From positions 26,472 to 90,471 of the forward strand of contig JAFSID010000102.1 in assembly GCA_017439965.1 (NCBI GenBank): a stretch of DNA of 64,000 bases, in the 5' to 3' direction. The translations under genes and the position numbers were made by a program. The DNA comes from Clostridia bacterium. GTDB taxonomy: Bacteria > Bacillota > Clostridia > Oscillospirales > SIG627. This document shows, piece after piece, positions 23,847 to 32,967 of the stretch. Under the pieces are notes generated by a model. The model searched no databases. It saw only the letters and a program-made list of their open reading frames with translations, and was not told the DNA's origin. Numbering within the stretch: position 1 is the stretch's first letter; every line of letters begins with the position of its first letter.

Positions 23847-25073
23847 ATGGCAAGCATTTTTATGAAGGACGATGCAAGACTTCGTGCCGAAAAAGGAATA
23901 TTGTACGATTTTCTTGCCCCCGACGGAAGTGAATCGCGTGAGGCGGCTGAAATAATAAACGCACGGAATATTGAGTTCTGCAAAAGCATTCCGTCAAGTG
24001 ATTGCTGGGAGGATTTCAAGCTTGCGGTCGAGCATTTGTCGGGTGGCACCAACACGGTAATTCTCGACGATATAGGACTCCCGTCGGTAATGGTGCTTAT
24101 ACCGAGGATGAATTCTCAAGACCTCTCAAACGGTCTTGAAGCACGAACTCATCCTGCATTTATCGTTAACGGACGGGAATACGAAACCGTTGCCGTCGGA
24201 AAATATATAAGCTGTATAAAATTCGGAAGAGCATACAGTCTGCCCAACCGTGACCCTGCGACCTGCTTTACCTTTGACGATTCGGCAAGGCTTTGCTCGA
24301 TAAAGGGGCGCGGATGGGGCATCACTCCCTATTCTCTGTGGGGAGCTCTTGCGCTCTGGTGCAAGAAAAACGGCACTATTCCCGAGGGTAACACCTATTA
24401 CGGACAGTACGGAGAGAACGCCGAAAGCCACGGTGCTCCCGCTACGATGACGACCCTTGACGGAAAGAGCGTGCCGGGTCATACGCTTACCGGCTCAGGA
24501 CCTCTTACCTGGTATCACAATCACCGAGCGGATGGCATTGCCGACCTTTGCGGAAACGTGTTTGAATGGTGCTCGGGCTTCCGTTGGTGTGACGGTGAGC
24601 TTCAGATAATCCCAAACGCCGACACTATGCAAAACGGCTGTGATATGTCCTATACCTCTCCCCTTTGGCGTGCAATTCTTCCCGACGGAAGCCTTACATC
24701 CCCCGGAGACAAGGACTCGCTCAAGCTTGACTTTGTAGATAACCGCTGGGTAGTGTCAACGAAAATAACCTCTCACTCCGAGGAAAAGCGTTGCTGTCCT
24801 GTGCGCGAGATAGGACTCGGAGAGGGTGTTTCGGTAATGCCTCAGATACTTATCGAGCTTGGCATCTGTCCCGAGCGTGAGCCTACGGGTGCGCCTTACG
24901 GCAACGACGTATTCTGGGGACCCAACAAGGCGACCGAGCAATTCCCCTGCCGAGGCGGTAACTGGTACGACCATCGGTACGCCTGCGGAGGTATGTTCCG
25001 CACGAGCGTGTATTACGGCAGAGATATTATCGGCAATACGATTGGTATGAGACTTGCGTATTACAAGCCTTGA
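23847..25073 (+). CDS. FGE-sulfatase/SUMF1-like domain protein (function unknown)
   Basis: 408 aa with no signal peptide. GIADLCGNVFEWC and ..CRGGNW.. resemble the GNVWEW / GGSW motifs of the formylglycine-generating-enzyme fold. Confidence 0.45.
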   Translation: MASIFMKDDARLRAEKGILYDFLAPDGSESREAAEIINARNIEFCKSIPSSDCWEDFKLAVEHLSGGTNTVILDDIGLPSVMVLIPRMNSQDLSNGLEARTHPAFIVNGREYETVAVGKYISCIKFGRAYSLPNRDPATCFTFDDSARLCSIKGRGWGITPYSLWGALALWCKKNGTIPEGNTYYGQYGENAESHGAPATMTTLDGKSVPGHTLTGSGPLTWYHNHRADGIADLCGNVFEWCSGFRWCDGELQIIPNADTMQNGCDMSYTSPLWRAILPDGSLTSPGDKDSLKLDFVDNRWVVSTKITSHSEEKRCCPVREIGLGEGVSVMPQILIELGICPEREPTGAPYGNDVFWGPNKATEQFPCRGGNWYDHRYACGGMFRTSVYYGRDIIGNTIGMRLAYYKP

Positions 25074-25096
25074 TTGAAGCGGTCAAAATAAAAAGC

Positions 25097-25130
25097 AGGC
25101 ACTCCGACAAGGAGTGCCTATCTTGTTTTT
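25097..25130 (+). terminator. rho-independent terminator
   Basis: AGGCACTCC / GGAGTGCCT (25097-25105 / 25111-25119) followed by ATCTTGTTTTT. Confidence 0.8.
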
Positions 25131-25139
25131 AACGCAGTA

Positions 25140-25288
25140 GTGCGATGCTTATCTGCAATGATGTAATTACAAAGAGAAGCGAGCAATACAAGGCAAAAAT
25201 AAGTAGGCACTTCGACGGAATACTTACGTATTTCGAGGAGTGCCTATCTTGTTTTTAACGCAGTAGTGCGAAGCTTATCTGAAGTAAT
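25140..25288. repeat. intergenic repeat copy A (149 bp, near-identical to 27191-27339)
   Basis: Collinear with copy B at a constant offset of 2051 bp, with only a few mismatches. It contains the long hairpin 25205-25245 plus a T-tract, and the motif AACGCAGTAGTGCGA. Confidence 0.9.
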
Positions 25289-26890
25289 TTAGTATGCGGT
25301 ATAAAGTCTTAATATAGTCAGTACAGACTGTTCCTTTGTATAAAGTTCTGAGGGTGCAAACTTATTGTTTTCCTTACCGCCCATTACACGCATACCGTTT
25401 TTGTCAACGGATGCCGAAACAAAGGCAATTGCATCGCGTCCCCAATCAGCGAAGGTGTCTGCATCGGAAAACTCAACCGAGGAGGAATTAGCCTTTGTCA
25501 CGCCAAGCACGTTAACGGCGGCGCGCTGAAGCATTGCGGCTGCCTCCTGGCGCTTGATCGTTCCGCCTGGGTCAAATCTGCCCTCCTCCTTACCGTTAAC
25601 GATACCGAGAGCGTTTGCGGCAAGAATATTATAGTAGGTAGTATCAACGAAAGCCTTTCGGTTTACGGTAAGCTCCTTGGAGGCGAGGATATCCTCAACG
25701 CTCTTGCCAAGCTTTACGGAAAGCATCTTCATAAGAAGGTCGCAAAACTCAAGACGGTTTATGGATTCAGGCATAGCCTTGATACAATCGGAGGTTATGA
25801 GACCGTAGCGATACGCCTCAATTGACTCGGGAAGCGCCCAAGCGGAGATGCCCTTGTCACCGAATACGTTGGGTCTGTCAATCAAATAATGCGTTCTCGA
25901 CAAAACCTCGGGAGCTATATCAAAGAAGCGGAAAAAGTCAACCTGATAAGAAATTTTCTTTCCGTTTTCAAGGGTGTTCTTACTGTCCCAGGTGGGATCC
26001 ATTACTATCCATCTGCCGTCAACGTAAGCCTCAACCCAAGCGTGATTTGCCGTTTTGAAATTGGTTTCTTCAAGCTCTGAAAGAGTGTTTCCCACACCGA
26101 TTGCATAGCCCTCAATAAGCACTGCGGGAATACCGACCGAGCGCAAGAGCGCAACGGTGAGGTTTGCATAGCCCTCGCAAACGGCAATGCCCTTATCGTA
26201 TACCTCCTCTGCGGTAACGTTGGTAGCTTTTGTAATCTTGTTTGCGTAATCGAGGTCATAGTACAGAGTGTTAGCAACGTATTTGTGAATTGCACGCGCC
26301 TTGTCGTAATCGGTTTCAAGGCTTGCCGTTATGTTTTCCGCGGCACGCTTGATGCGGTCGGGAGCATCCGTCTTGATCTGCTCGGTCTCGTCAATCCAGC
26401 CCGACATCATAGCCTTATTGCTCTCGTAAACGTCGCGGTCAACGAGTATTCCCCATTTACCGTTCTGCTTTTCAAGAACTATATCACGCTCATAAAAAGC
26501 GCTGGACATTTCCTTTTCACCCGGTGTTGCAAAATAGACGTGAAGCTCGTATTCGTCTGCACTGTTTTCGGGAATCTCAAATGGCGGTATTGTAAAATCT
26601 GCACCCGCAATGACGAGAGAGGAATACCAATTCTCATTGTAACGGATGTATATATACTTCTTGTCCTCAAAATCAACTCTGCCCGAAACGGTGAAGGCTT
26701 CTCCGTCAACCTCTATCTGCAAATAGTTGATCGGGTCATAGCAGGTCTTGAAGGTTGTAAGAAGCAGATTTTCCTCTTCAACGGGCTTTGCATTTGGATT
26801 AGGTGCTATAAGCAAGCCGTTTGCAAATACGGTAATAATGCTCGATACAAGGACTGCCACAAGCAAGAGCACTGCAATAAATCTTTTCAT
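25289..26890 (-). CDS. secreted transglutaminase-like cysteine protease-fold protein with C-terminal SLH repeats (paralog 1)
   Basis: 533 aa. Signal peptide MKRFIAVLLLVAVLVSSIITVFA. Transglutaminase core AVCEGYANL..NHAWVEAYVDG..MDPTWD (Cys-His-Asp). SLH-like repeats occupy the last ~170 aa. Confidence 0.75.
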   Translation of the reverse strand: MKRFIAVLLLVAVLVSSIITVFANGLLIAPNPNAKPVEEENLLLTTFKTCYDPINYLQIEVDGEAFTVSGRVDFEDKKYIYIRYNENWYSSLVIAGADFTIPPFEIPENSADEYELHVYFATPGEKEMSSAFYERDIVLEKQNGKWGILVDRDVYESNKAMMSGWIDETEQIKTDAPDRIKRAAENITASLETDYDKARAIHKYVANTLYYDLDYANKITKATNVTAEEVYDKGIAVCEGYANLTVALLRSVGIPAVLIEGYAIGVGNTLSELEETNFKTANHAWVEAYVDGRWIVMDPTWDSKNTLENGKKISYQVDFFRFFDIAPEVLSRTHYLIDRPNVFGDKGISAWALPESIEAYRYGLITSDCIKAMPESINRLEFCDLLMKMLSVKLGKSVEDILASKELTVNRKAFVDTTYYNILAANALGIVNGKEEGRFDPGGTIKRQEAAAMLQRAAVNVLGVTKANSSSVEFSDADTFADWGRDAIAFVSASVDKNGMRVMGGKENNKFAPSELYTKEQSVLTILRLYTAY

Positions 26891-27136
26891 TCTGTTTCTC
26901 TCCTTAATATTATATTTATCTCCGTTAAACGATATTTTTGCATAACGGATATCAGCCCTGATGATTTGTTAACTCTATTGTATCACACTTTGTGGCTTTT
27001 TGCAATGACCAGATAGAAGGATATGAGCATTTTTATTCCATTTTTTCAGCTTTATTTTTTAAACTTTTATTAATTTTTCGTTTTTTGATTTGAAGCTGAT
27101 AAGTATTGGCAAACATAAACGAAAATAGAATGGCAA

Positions 27137-27181
27137 TAAAAAACGGGAGCACTTACGAAAAGTGCTCCCATTTTGTTTTTT
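27137..27181. terminator. bidirectional rho-independent terminator
   Basis: GGGAGCACTT / AAGTGCTCCC (27145-27154 / 27160-27169), with an A-run upstream and TTTTGTTTTTT downstream. Confidence 0.8.
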
Positions 27182-27190
27182 AATCCGATG

Positions 27191-27339
27191 GTGCGATGCT
27201 TATCTGCAGTGATGTAATTACAAAGAGAAGCGAGCAATACAAGGCAAAAATAAGTAGGCACTTCGACGGAATACTTACGTATTTCGAGGAGTGCCTATCT
27301 TGTTTTTAACGCAGTAGTGCGATGCTTATCTGCAGTAAT
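27191..27339. repeat. intergenic repeat copy B
   Basis: See copy A. The hairpin lies at 27256-27296, followed by a T-tract. Confidence 0.9.
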
Positions 27340-28947
27340 TTAATATGCGGTATAAAGTCTTAATATAGTCAGTACAGACTGCTCCTTTGTATAAAGGTCG
27401 TCAGGTGCGAAGCGACCGCCTTCCTTTCCGCCCATAACGGAACGGCCGTTTTTATCGACCGACGCGGATACGAAGGCTATGGCGTCCTGTCCCCATGAAG
27501 CGAAGGCTTTATCGTCGGTGAACTTAACGGGCTTGGAATTTGCCTTTTTTACACCGAGAACGTTAACGGCGGCGCGCTGAAGCATTGCGGCTGCCTCCTG
27601 GCGCTTGATAGTACCCTCGGGGTCAAATTTGCCTTCTCCCTTGCCGTTTACAAGTCCGAGTGCGTTTGCGGCAAGCACGTTATAGTAGGTGGTATCGGTA
27701 AAGGCTTTTTCGTTTATGGAAACGCCCTTATCGGAAAGAATTCTTTCAACGCTCTTGTCAAGCTTTACGGAAAGCATATTCATAAGAAGGTCGCAAAACT
27801 CGAGACGGGTTATAGCATCGGGCATTGATTCACGGCAAGCCTTGGTAACCAGACCGTAGGAGTAGGCCTCCTTTGCCTCGGGAAGTGCCCAGCTTGATGC
27901 ACCGCGCTTTCCGAAGGAGTTGGGACGGGAAATTATGTAATGAGAGAGCGAAAAGGTCTCAACGGAGGAATCAAAGTAACGGAAGAACTCGGTTCGGAAC
28001 TCGTTTTTCACGCCGTTCTGATATACGTTCTTACTGTCCCATGTGGTATCCATTATAATCCATTTACCGTCAACGTAGGCTTCGACCCACGCGTGATTGG
28101 AGCTGGTAAGGTCTGCCTGCTCCCATCTTGTATCACTGCCTACACCGAGTGCGTAGCCCTCGACGTATGCCGCAGGGATATCAACCGAGCGGAGAAGAGC
28201 TACGGTAAGGTTGGTATATCCCTCACAAACGGCAATTCTCTTGTCAAAAACCTCTTCTGCCGTAACGAAGGTAGAGGGACGGATATGCATTGCATAGTCC
28301 ATATCGTAATAAAGATAATTTGCAACGTACTCGTGAATAGCACGCGCCTTATCGTAAGCGGTCTTATAGCCTGCGGTGATTTTCATGGCAACGTCGCGTA
28401 TACGCTGAGGAATTTCAATGGAAAGCTCTTCCTTATCCCACATCCAGCCCTGCATATACTCGAGGTTGGTATCGTATACCATTTTATTAATAACGATACC
28501 CCAGGTCTTGCCACGCTTTTCAAGGACGATGTCACGTCCGTAAAAGGCGCTTACAAGATTACCGTCAGCACCGCCGACGAAAATGGAAAGCTCAAGCTCC
28601 TTTTCCTTAAACTTGGAAAGGTCTATCGTCTCCTTGAACACCTTTCCGCGCTCGTTTTCAATCGTGGCGTGTGGAGTTACAAGGTCGAAGGAAACGCAAA
28701 TATACTTAAGCGCAGGGTTCATAAGCTGTCCCGAGAGGGTAAGCTTTTCGCCCGTTATATCAATCTGCAAATAATCCTCGGGGTCATTTGCGGTTTTAAA
28801 ATGCTGAACGAAAACGTCAGCCTTTGAATTTTTTGCTGCGTTGGGATTGGGGGCTGTGATAAAGCCCTCTTTAGCGTATGCGGGAAGAACAAGCGCAGAA
28901 ATCAAAAGTGTCACAAATAAAAATGCGGCAATAAATCTTTTCATCAA
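27340..28947 (-). CDS. secreted transglutaminase-like protein with SLH repeats (paralog 2)
   Basis: 535 aa with the same architecture as paralog 1. The C-terminal 17 aa are identical, and the N-terminal ~150 aa are strongly diverged. Confidence 0.75.
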   Translation of the reverse strand: MMKRFIAAFLFVTLLISALVLPAYAKEGFITAPNPNAAKNSKADVFVQHFKTANDPEDYLQIDITGEKLTLSGQLMNPALKYICVSFDLVTPHATIENERGKVFKETIDLSKFKEKELELSIFVGGADGNLVSAFYGRDIVLEKRGKTWGIVINKMVYDTNLEYMQGWMWDKEELSIEIPQRIRDVAMKITAGYKTAYDKARAIHEYVANYLYYDMDYAMHIRPSTFVTAEEVFDKRIAVCEGYTNLTVALLRSVDIPAAYVEGYALGVGSDTRWEQADLTSSNHAWVEAYVDGKWIIMDTTWDSKNVYQNGVKNEFRTEFFRYFDSSVETFSLSHYIISRPNSFGKRGASSWALPEAKEAYSYGLVTKACRESMPDAITRLEFCDLLMNMLSVKLDKSVERILSDKGVSINEKAFTDTTYYNVLAANALGLVNGKGEGKFDPEGTIKRQEAAAMLQRAAVNVLGVKKANSKPVKFTDDKAFASWGQDAIAFVSASVDKNGRSVMGGKEGGRFAPDDLYTKEQSVLTILRLYTAY

Positions 28948-28958
28948 TTTCTCCTTTT

Positions 28959-30191
28959 TTACACGTCAAACGCCCAATTACCGTTACGGAAAATCTCGAC
29001 CTCACGGCCGTCTCTTGTGTGCGCAGTTATCGAAAGGTCACGGGTACCTATCATAAAGTCCTCGTGAACCATCGACTCGTTGATACCGAGTCTACGGCAA
29101 TCATCGAGCGTAAGCGTTTCGTAATTCTCAAGTGTGTTTGTGAAGCCTTCTCCAAGGGCTAAGTGACAGGAGGCATTTTCATCAAACAGGGTGTTGTAAA
29201 AAAGTAAACCCGTGTCAGATATGGGGGAATCGTAGGGGACAAGTGCGCATTCTCCGAGGTATGAGGCTCCCTCGTCCATTGAGACGAGTATCTTCAAAAG
29301 CTCCTCATTTTTCTCGGCGTGTACTTCTACAACTCTTCCCTTCTCAAACCGAAGAGAAAAGTTTTCGATAAGCTCTCCTCTGTAAGAGAGTGGCTTTGAG
29401 GAATAAACTATTCCTTCTGCCTCACCCTTTTTGGGAGAAATAAAAACCTCTTCCGAGGGAATATTGGGGTTAAATACCTGTCCTGAAAGAGTGGCTTCGG
29501 CGCCTGCACAAAAGCGCGCCTCGGGTATCATTCCGACGGTTAAGTCGGTCCCGTTGGATGAAACGTAATGAAGCGTCTCAATCCCCAGAGAATTAAGATA
29601 CCTACACCTTTCGGATAGGCTTCTGTTATGCTCCTGCCAAGCCTTGACAGGATTGTCGCCGTCGGCACGCGAAGTGTACAAAATGGCCTCCCACAGCCTT
29701 TCGACAGCTTTTATCGGAGTTAATTCAGGGAACATTTTTTTAGCCCAAGCCTTGCCGGGTACTGCGGCAATACACCACGGATATTTATTATCCATCGCAT
29801 CGCGGTAGGGCTTGATGACCTTATAACGCTCCTGAGTTGAACGTCCGTACTTTTCCTGATCGATTCCCACAAGTCCATCAGGGTCTTCTGATAAAAGATA
29901 AATTGTCGCAGGAAGCTTTTCAAGGCGGTATTTCAGCCTCTCCTCTTCCCAATTCTCAACTGTTGCAAGAATTTTTTCTTCTCTGTATTCTATGTGAAGT
30001 CTCGAAAGTTCCTGACTTTCAAAGAGCACCTCGACCTTTTCGGCTCCGAGCTTATAGCATTCCTCAACGACAAAATAGGCGAAATCCGCCACCTCGGGCT
30101 CACATCGAAGCTCGACGCGCTGACCCTTGGAAACGTTGATACCCATTCTTGCAATAAGGTGTGCATACCCCTTTAAAAGTGATTTTTTCAT
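28959..30191 (-). CDS. M29 family aminopeptidase (PepS/AmpS-like)
   Basis: GGAGG 5 nt before the internal ATG (MKKSLLKGYAHLIARMGINVSKGQ..), which is typical of the aminopeptidase II family. The track start at 30251 lacks an SD. Confidence 0.8.
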   Translation of the reverse strand: MKKSLLKGYAHLIARMGINVSKGQRVELRCEPEVADFAYFVVEECYKLGAEKVEVLFESQELSRLHIEYREEKILATVENWEEERLKYRLEKLPATIYLLSEDPDGLVGIDQEKYGRSTQERYKVIKPYRDAMDNKYPWCIAAVPGKAWAKKMFPELTPIKAVERLWEAILYTSRADGDNPVKAWQEHNRSLSERCRYLNSLGIETLHYVSSNGTDLTVGMIPEARFCAGAEATLSGQVFNPNIPSEEVFISPKKGEAEGIVYSSKPLSYRGELIENFSLRFEKGRVVEVHAEKNEELLKILVSMDEGASYLGECALVPYDSPISDTGLLFYNTLFDENASCHLALGEGFTNTLENYETLTLDDCRRLGINESMVHEDFMIGTRDLSITAHTRDGREVEIFRNGNWAFDV

Positions 30192-30312
30192 ACTACCTCC
30201 GAGCATAAAATACAGTGCGAGTATTTTAACACATTTGTTTACTATAATCAATAGAATTATTTCCCAAATTTGTAATTCTATACGATATCCGATTCAACAA
30301 TATATACAAAAA

Positions 30313-30879
30313 TCAATTCACCAGATATTTTATGGCTTCAAGATAATATTCGGTTATCGTTTCGGGAGATTCCTTCATATTATGTGACAGCCACCAATCA
30401 ACCGTTTCAACGAAGGAGGAGGTTATATGATTGACGAGATAATCCTCGGGAAGAGAAGAGCTTTTCAAAAGTCCCTTGTCGGCGTACTGAGTTATTATAA
30501 GCCTCTTTAAATTAGACTTGAAATAACGCAAAAATATCTCGTTATTCTGCGAGGACAAAAGCTCTAAAATATTTCTGTCATTCTCCTGAAGATGACGGAG
30601 CAGATGCAAAAACACCGAGTCGTCCGCACTTGCGCAGGTGCAATGATAATGTCCGTGAGGAAGTCCCATTGCGGTCTCGATTATATGTCCGAAAAGCTCC
30701 TCGCATAAATCCTTAAGCAAAAAGTCCTTGGTTTCAAAGTGAGTATAAAAGGTCGTTCTTCCGATATCGGCGGTGTCGATTATATCCTGAACCGATATCT
30801 GATTGTAATTCTTTTCCGAGAGCAAGGTCGTAAACGCCGTAAAAATTGCCTCTCTCGTTTTCTTCTGCCGTCTGTCCAT
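30313..30879 (-). CDS. TetR/AcrR family transcriptional regulator
   Basis: 188 aa. KKTREAIFTAFTTLL..ISVQDIIDTADIGRTTFYTHF is the TetR N-terminal HTH. Confidence 0.9.
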   Translation of the reverse strand: MDRRQKKTREAIFTAFTTLLSEKNYNQISVQDIIDTADIGRTTFYTHFETKDFLLKDLCEELFGHIIETAMGLPHGHYHCTCASADDSVFLHLLRHLQENDRNILELLSSQNNEIFLRYFKSNLKRLIITQYADKGLLKSSSLPEDYLVNHITSSFVETVDWWLSHNMKESPETITEYYLEAIKYLVN

Positions 30880-30939
30880 TTTTTCCTCCGTACATTTTTT
30901 GATTTTTGTTCAGTATCGAACACACAGGCTCTTTTGATT

Positions 30940-30963
30940 ATTGCAAAAGAACGCTTTTGTAAT
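30940..30963. promoter_or_regulatory. candidate TetR operator (24-bp imperfect palindrome) overlapping a TATAAT box
   Basis: In ATTGCAAAAGAACGCTTTTGTAAT, the half-sites TTGCAAAAG / CTTTTGTAA have one mismatch. TATAAT lies at 30963-30968, facing the ATPase gene. Confidence 0.5.
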
Positions 30964-31042
30964 ATAATAGATACAGAACAATGTGTTTAATATATTACAA
31001 ATTATACGCAAACAAAACAAAAAGTCAACAGGAGTTTTTTCA

Positions 31043-32890
31043 ATGATTTCAAGAATTTGCAAGCTTTTTACAAGCATACCGATGACGGCACTCAGCGGTG
31101 TATTTCTCTTTTTAAGCCTTGTAAGGCTACCGTTTTTTGACCTTTTGGCGTGGGTAACGGTAATTATCAGCGGTCTTCCGCTTATTAACTCAGCCATACG
31201 CAAGCTTATTATCAAAAAGGGTATTTCAAAAATATCCTCGGCACTTCTTATTTCAATAGCAATGATTGCCTCAATAATAATCGGTGACCTCTTTGCCGCA
31301 GGCGAGGTTGCGTTTATTATGGCAATCGGTGAAATACTTGAGGACGTAACGACCGACAGGGCAAAGAGGGGGCTTAAGAGACTTATTGAGCTTGCTCCTG
31401 CTACCGCTCGAAGAATCGTCAACGGAGCTGAAGAGAGAATCCCCGCTGAAAGCATCAAGCTTGGGGATATCATCAGAATACTTCCGGGTGAGACCGTAAC
31501 GGTTGACGGAATAATTATCAGCGGTGAGACCTCTATTGACGGATCGGTTATGACGGGAGAATCCGTACCCGTTGACAAGGGAGTCGGTGACGGGGTCTTC
31601 TGCGGTACGCTCAACTGCTTCGGCGCAATTGACGTGAGGGCAACGGCAGTCGGCAAGAGCACGTCACTTCAAAGGCTTATAAAAACGGTCAAGGAGGCTG
31701 AGGAGAAAAAGTCTCCTACCGAAAGGATTGCTGACAGATGGGCAAGCGTACTCGTGCCCGTGGCACTTCTCGTTGCGATAATCGCGGGGCTTGCAACGTC
31801 TGATATTACGCGTGCAGTAACGGTGCTCGTCGTATTCTGTCCGTGTGCACTGGTGCTTGCAACTCCTACCGCAATTATGGCGGCAATAGGTCAAGCAACC
31901 AAGCGCGGAGTTATCATAAAATCGGGTGAAGCGCTTGAAAAAATGGGTAAGGTCAACACGGTTGCCTTTGACAAAACGGGTACTCTTACCGAGGGAAAGC
32001 TTCACGTGTGTGACGCTGTAAGCCTTGCAGACGGGATTGATAGTGAAATGCTCTTAAGGCTCACGGCGTCGGTTGAGGCAAAAAGTGAGCATCCGCTTGG
32101 ACGCGCAATAGCAGAGCACGCCGAGGGGCTTGAGCTTCTTCCAACAACGGATTTTAAAATGCAGGCAGGAAAGGGTGTCAGCGCCGTTGTAGGTGGCACT
32201 CGGGTATTCTGCGGAAGCGAAGCGTTTCTTTCGGAAAACGGAATTGCTGTCGACGGATATGCAGCCGAGCAGATAAACGGACTCAGACGTCAGGGCAAGG
32301 CGTTGATACTCGTGGGTATCGGAGGTGAATGCATAGGCGTTATAGCTCTGTCGGACACTCTTCGTAAAGAAAGTGTGCAAACCGTTAACGCTTTACGGAA
32401 TATGGGGGTTGAAGCAGTGCTTCTCACAGGTGATAACCGTTTGACCGCAGACTTTTTCGCAGAGCTTGTCAACATTGGCACCGTTAAATCCGAATTACTT
32501 CCCGAGGACAAGGTTAAAAGCATTAAGGAGCTTCAGGAGTCCGGCAAAGCGGTATGTATGATTGGAGACGGCGTAAACGATGCTCCCGCTCTCAAGACCG
32601 CCGACGTCGGAGTCGCAATGGGAGGTGTCGGAAGTGATATTGCCGTTGACAGCGCAGACATAGCGCTGATGAGTGACGGTATTTCCTCTCTCCCCTATCT
32701 CAAGCGCCTTGCAAGAGCAACCGTCAATACGATACGCTTCAGCATTTCACTTTCAATGCTTATCAATATTTTAGCCGTGTTCCTATCGGTTATAGGCGCA
32801 CTTACTCCTACTACGGGAGCGTTGGTACATAACGCAGGCTCGGTATTCGTAATACTCATTGCGGCACTGCTTTATGACAGAAAATTCTAA
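31043..32890 (+). CDS. heavy-metal-translocating P1B-type ATPase without an N-terminal HMA domain
   Basis: AGGAG SD before the ATG at 31043 (MISRICKLF..). Motifs: CPC (VFCPCALVLATP), DKTGTLT, GDGVNDAPAL. Confidence 0.88.
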   Translation: MISRICKLFTSIPMTALSGVFLFLSLVRLPFFDLLAWVTVIISGLPLINSAIRKLIIKKGISKISSALLISIAMIASIIIGDLFAAGEVAFIMAIGEILEDVTTDRAKRGLKRLIELAPATARRIVNGAEERIPAESIKLGDIIRILPGETVTVDGIIISGETSIDGSVMTGESVPVDKGVGDGVFCGTLNCFGAIDVRATAVGKSTSLQRLIKTVKEAEEKKSPTERIADRWASVLVPVALLVAIIAGLATSDITRAVTVLVVFCPCALVLATPTAIMAAIGQATKRGVIIKSGEALEKMGKVNTVAFDKTGTLTEGKLHVCDAVSLADGIDSEMLLRLTASVEAKSEHPLGRAIAEHAEGLELLPTTDFKMQAGKGVSAVVGGTRVFCGSEAFLSENGIAVDGYAAEQINGLRRQGKALILVGIGGECIGVIALSDTLRKESVQTVNALRNMGVEAVLLTGDNRLTADFFAELVNIGTVKSELLPEDKVKSIKELQESGKAVCMIGDGVNDAPALKTADVGVAMGGVGSDIAVDSADIALMSDGISSLPYLKRLARATVNTIRFSISLSMLINILAVFLSVIGALTPTTGALVHNAGSVFVILIAALLYDRKF

Positions 32891-32925
32891 AAAAAGAGAG
32901 ACCCGAAAACTCGGGTCTCTCTTTT
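32891..32925 (+). terminator. rho-independent terminator after the ATPase gene
   Basis: GAGAGACCCGA / TCGGGTCTCTC with loop AAAC, then TTTT. Confidence 0.8.
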
Positions 32926-32967
32926 AAGATATATGGCTTATACAATGTAAAATTTCTAAGTAAATTT

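Noticed and set aside
32934-32953. The 15-mer GGCTTATACAATGTA (19 of 20 with flanks) shared between 32934-32953 and 43926-43945, both intergenic.
   Set aside because: By rough expectation, a 15-nt exact match in 64 kb is about what chance allows (order of one pair), especially in AT-rich spacers. There is no further collinear similarity around it. It is worth a genome-wide count but is not supported here.
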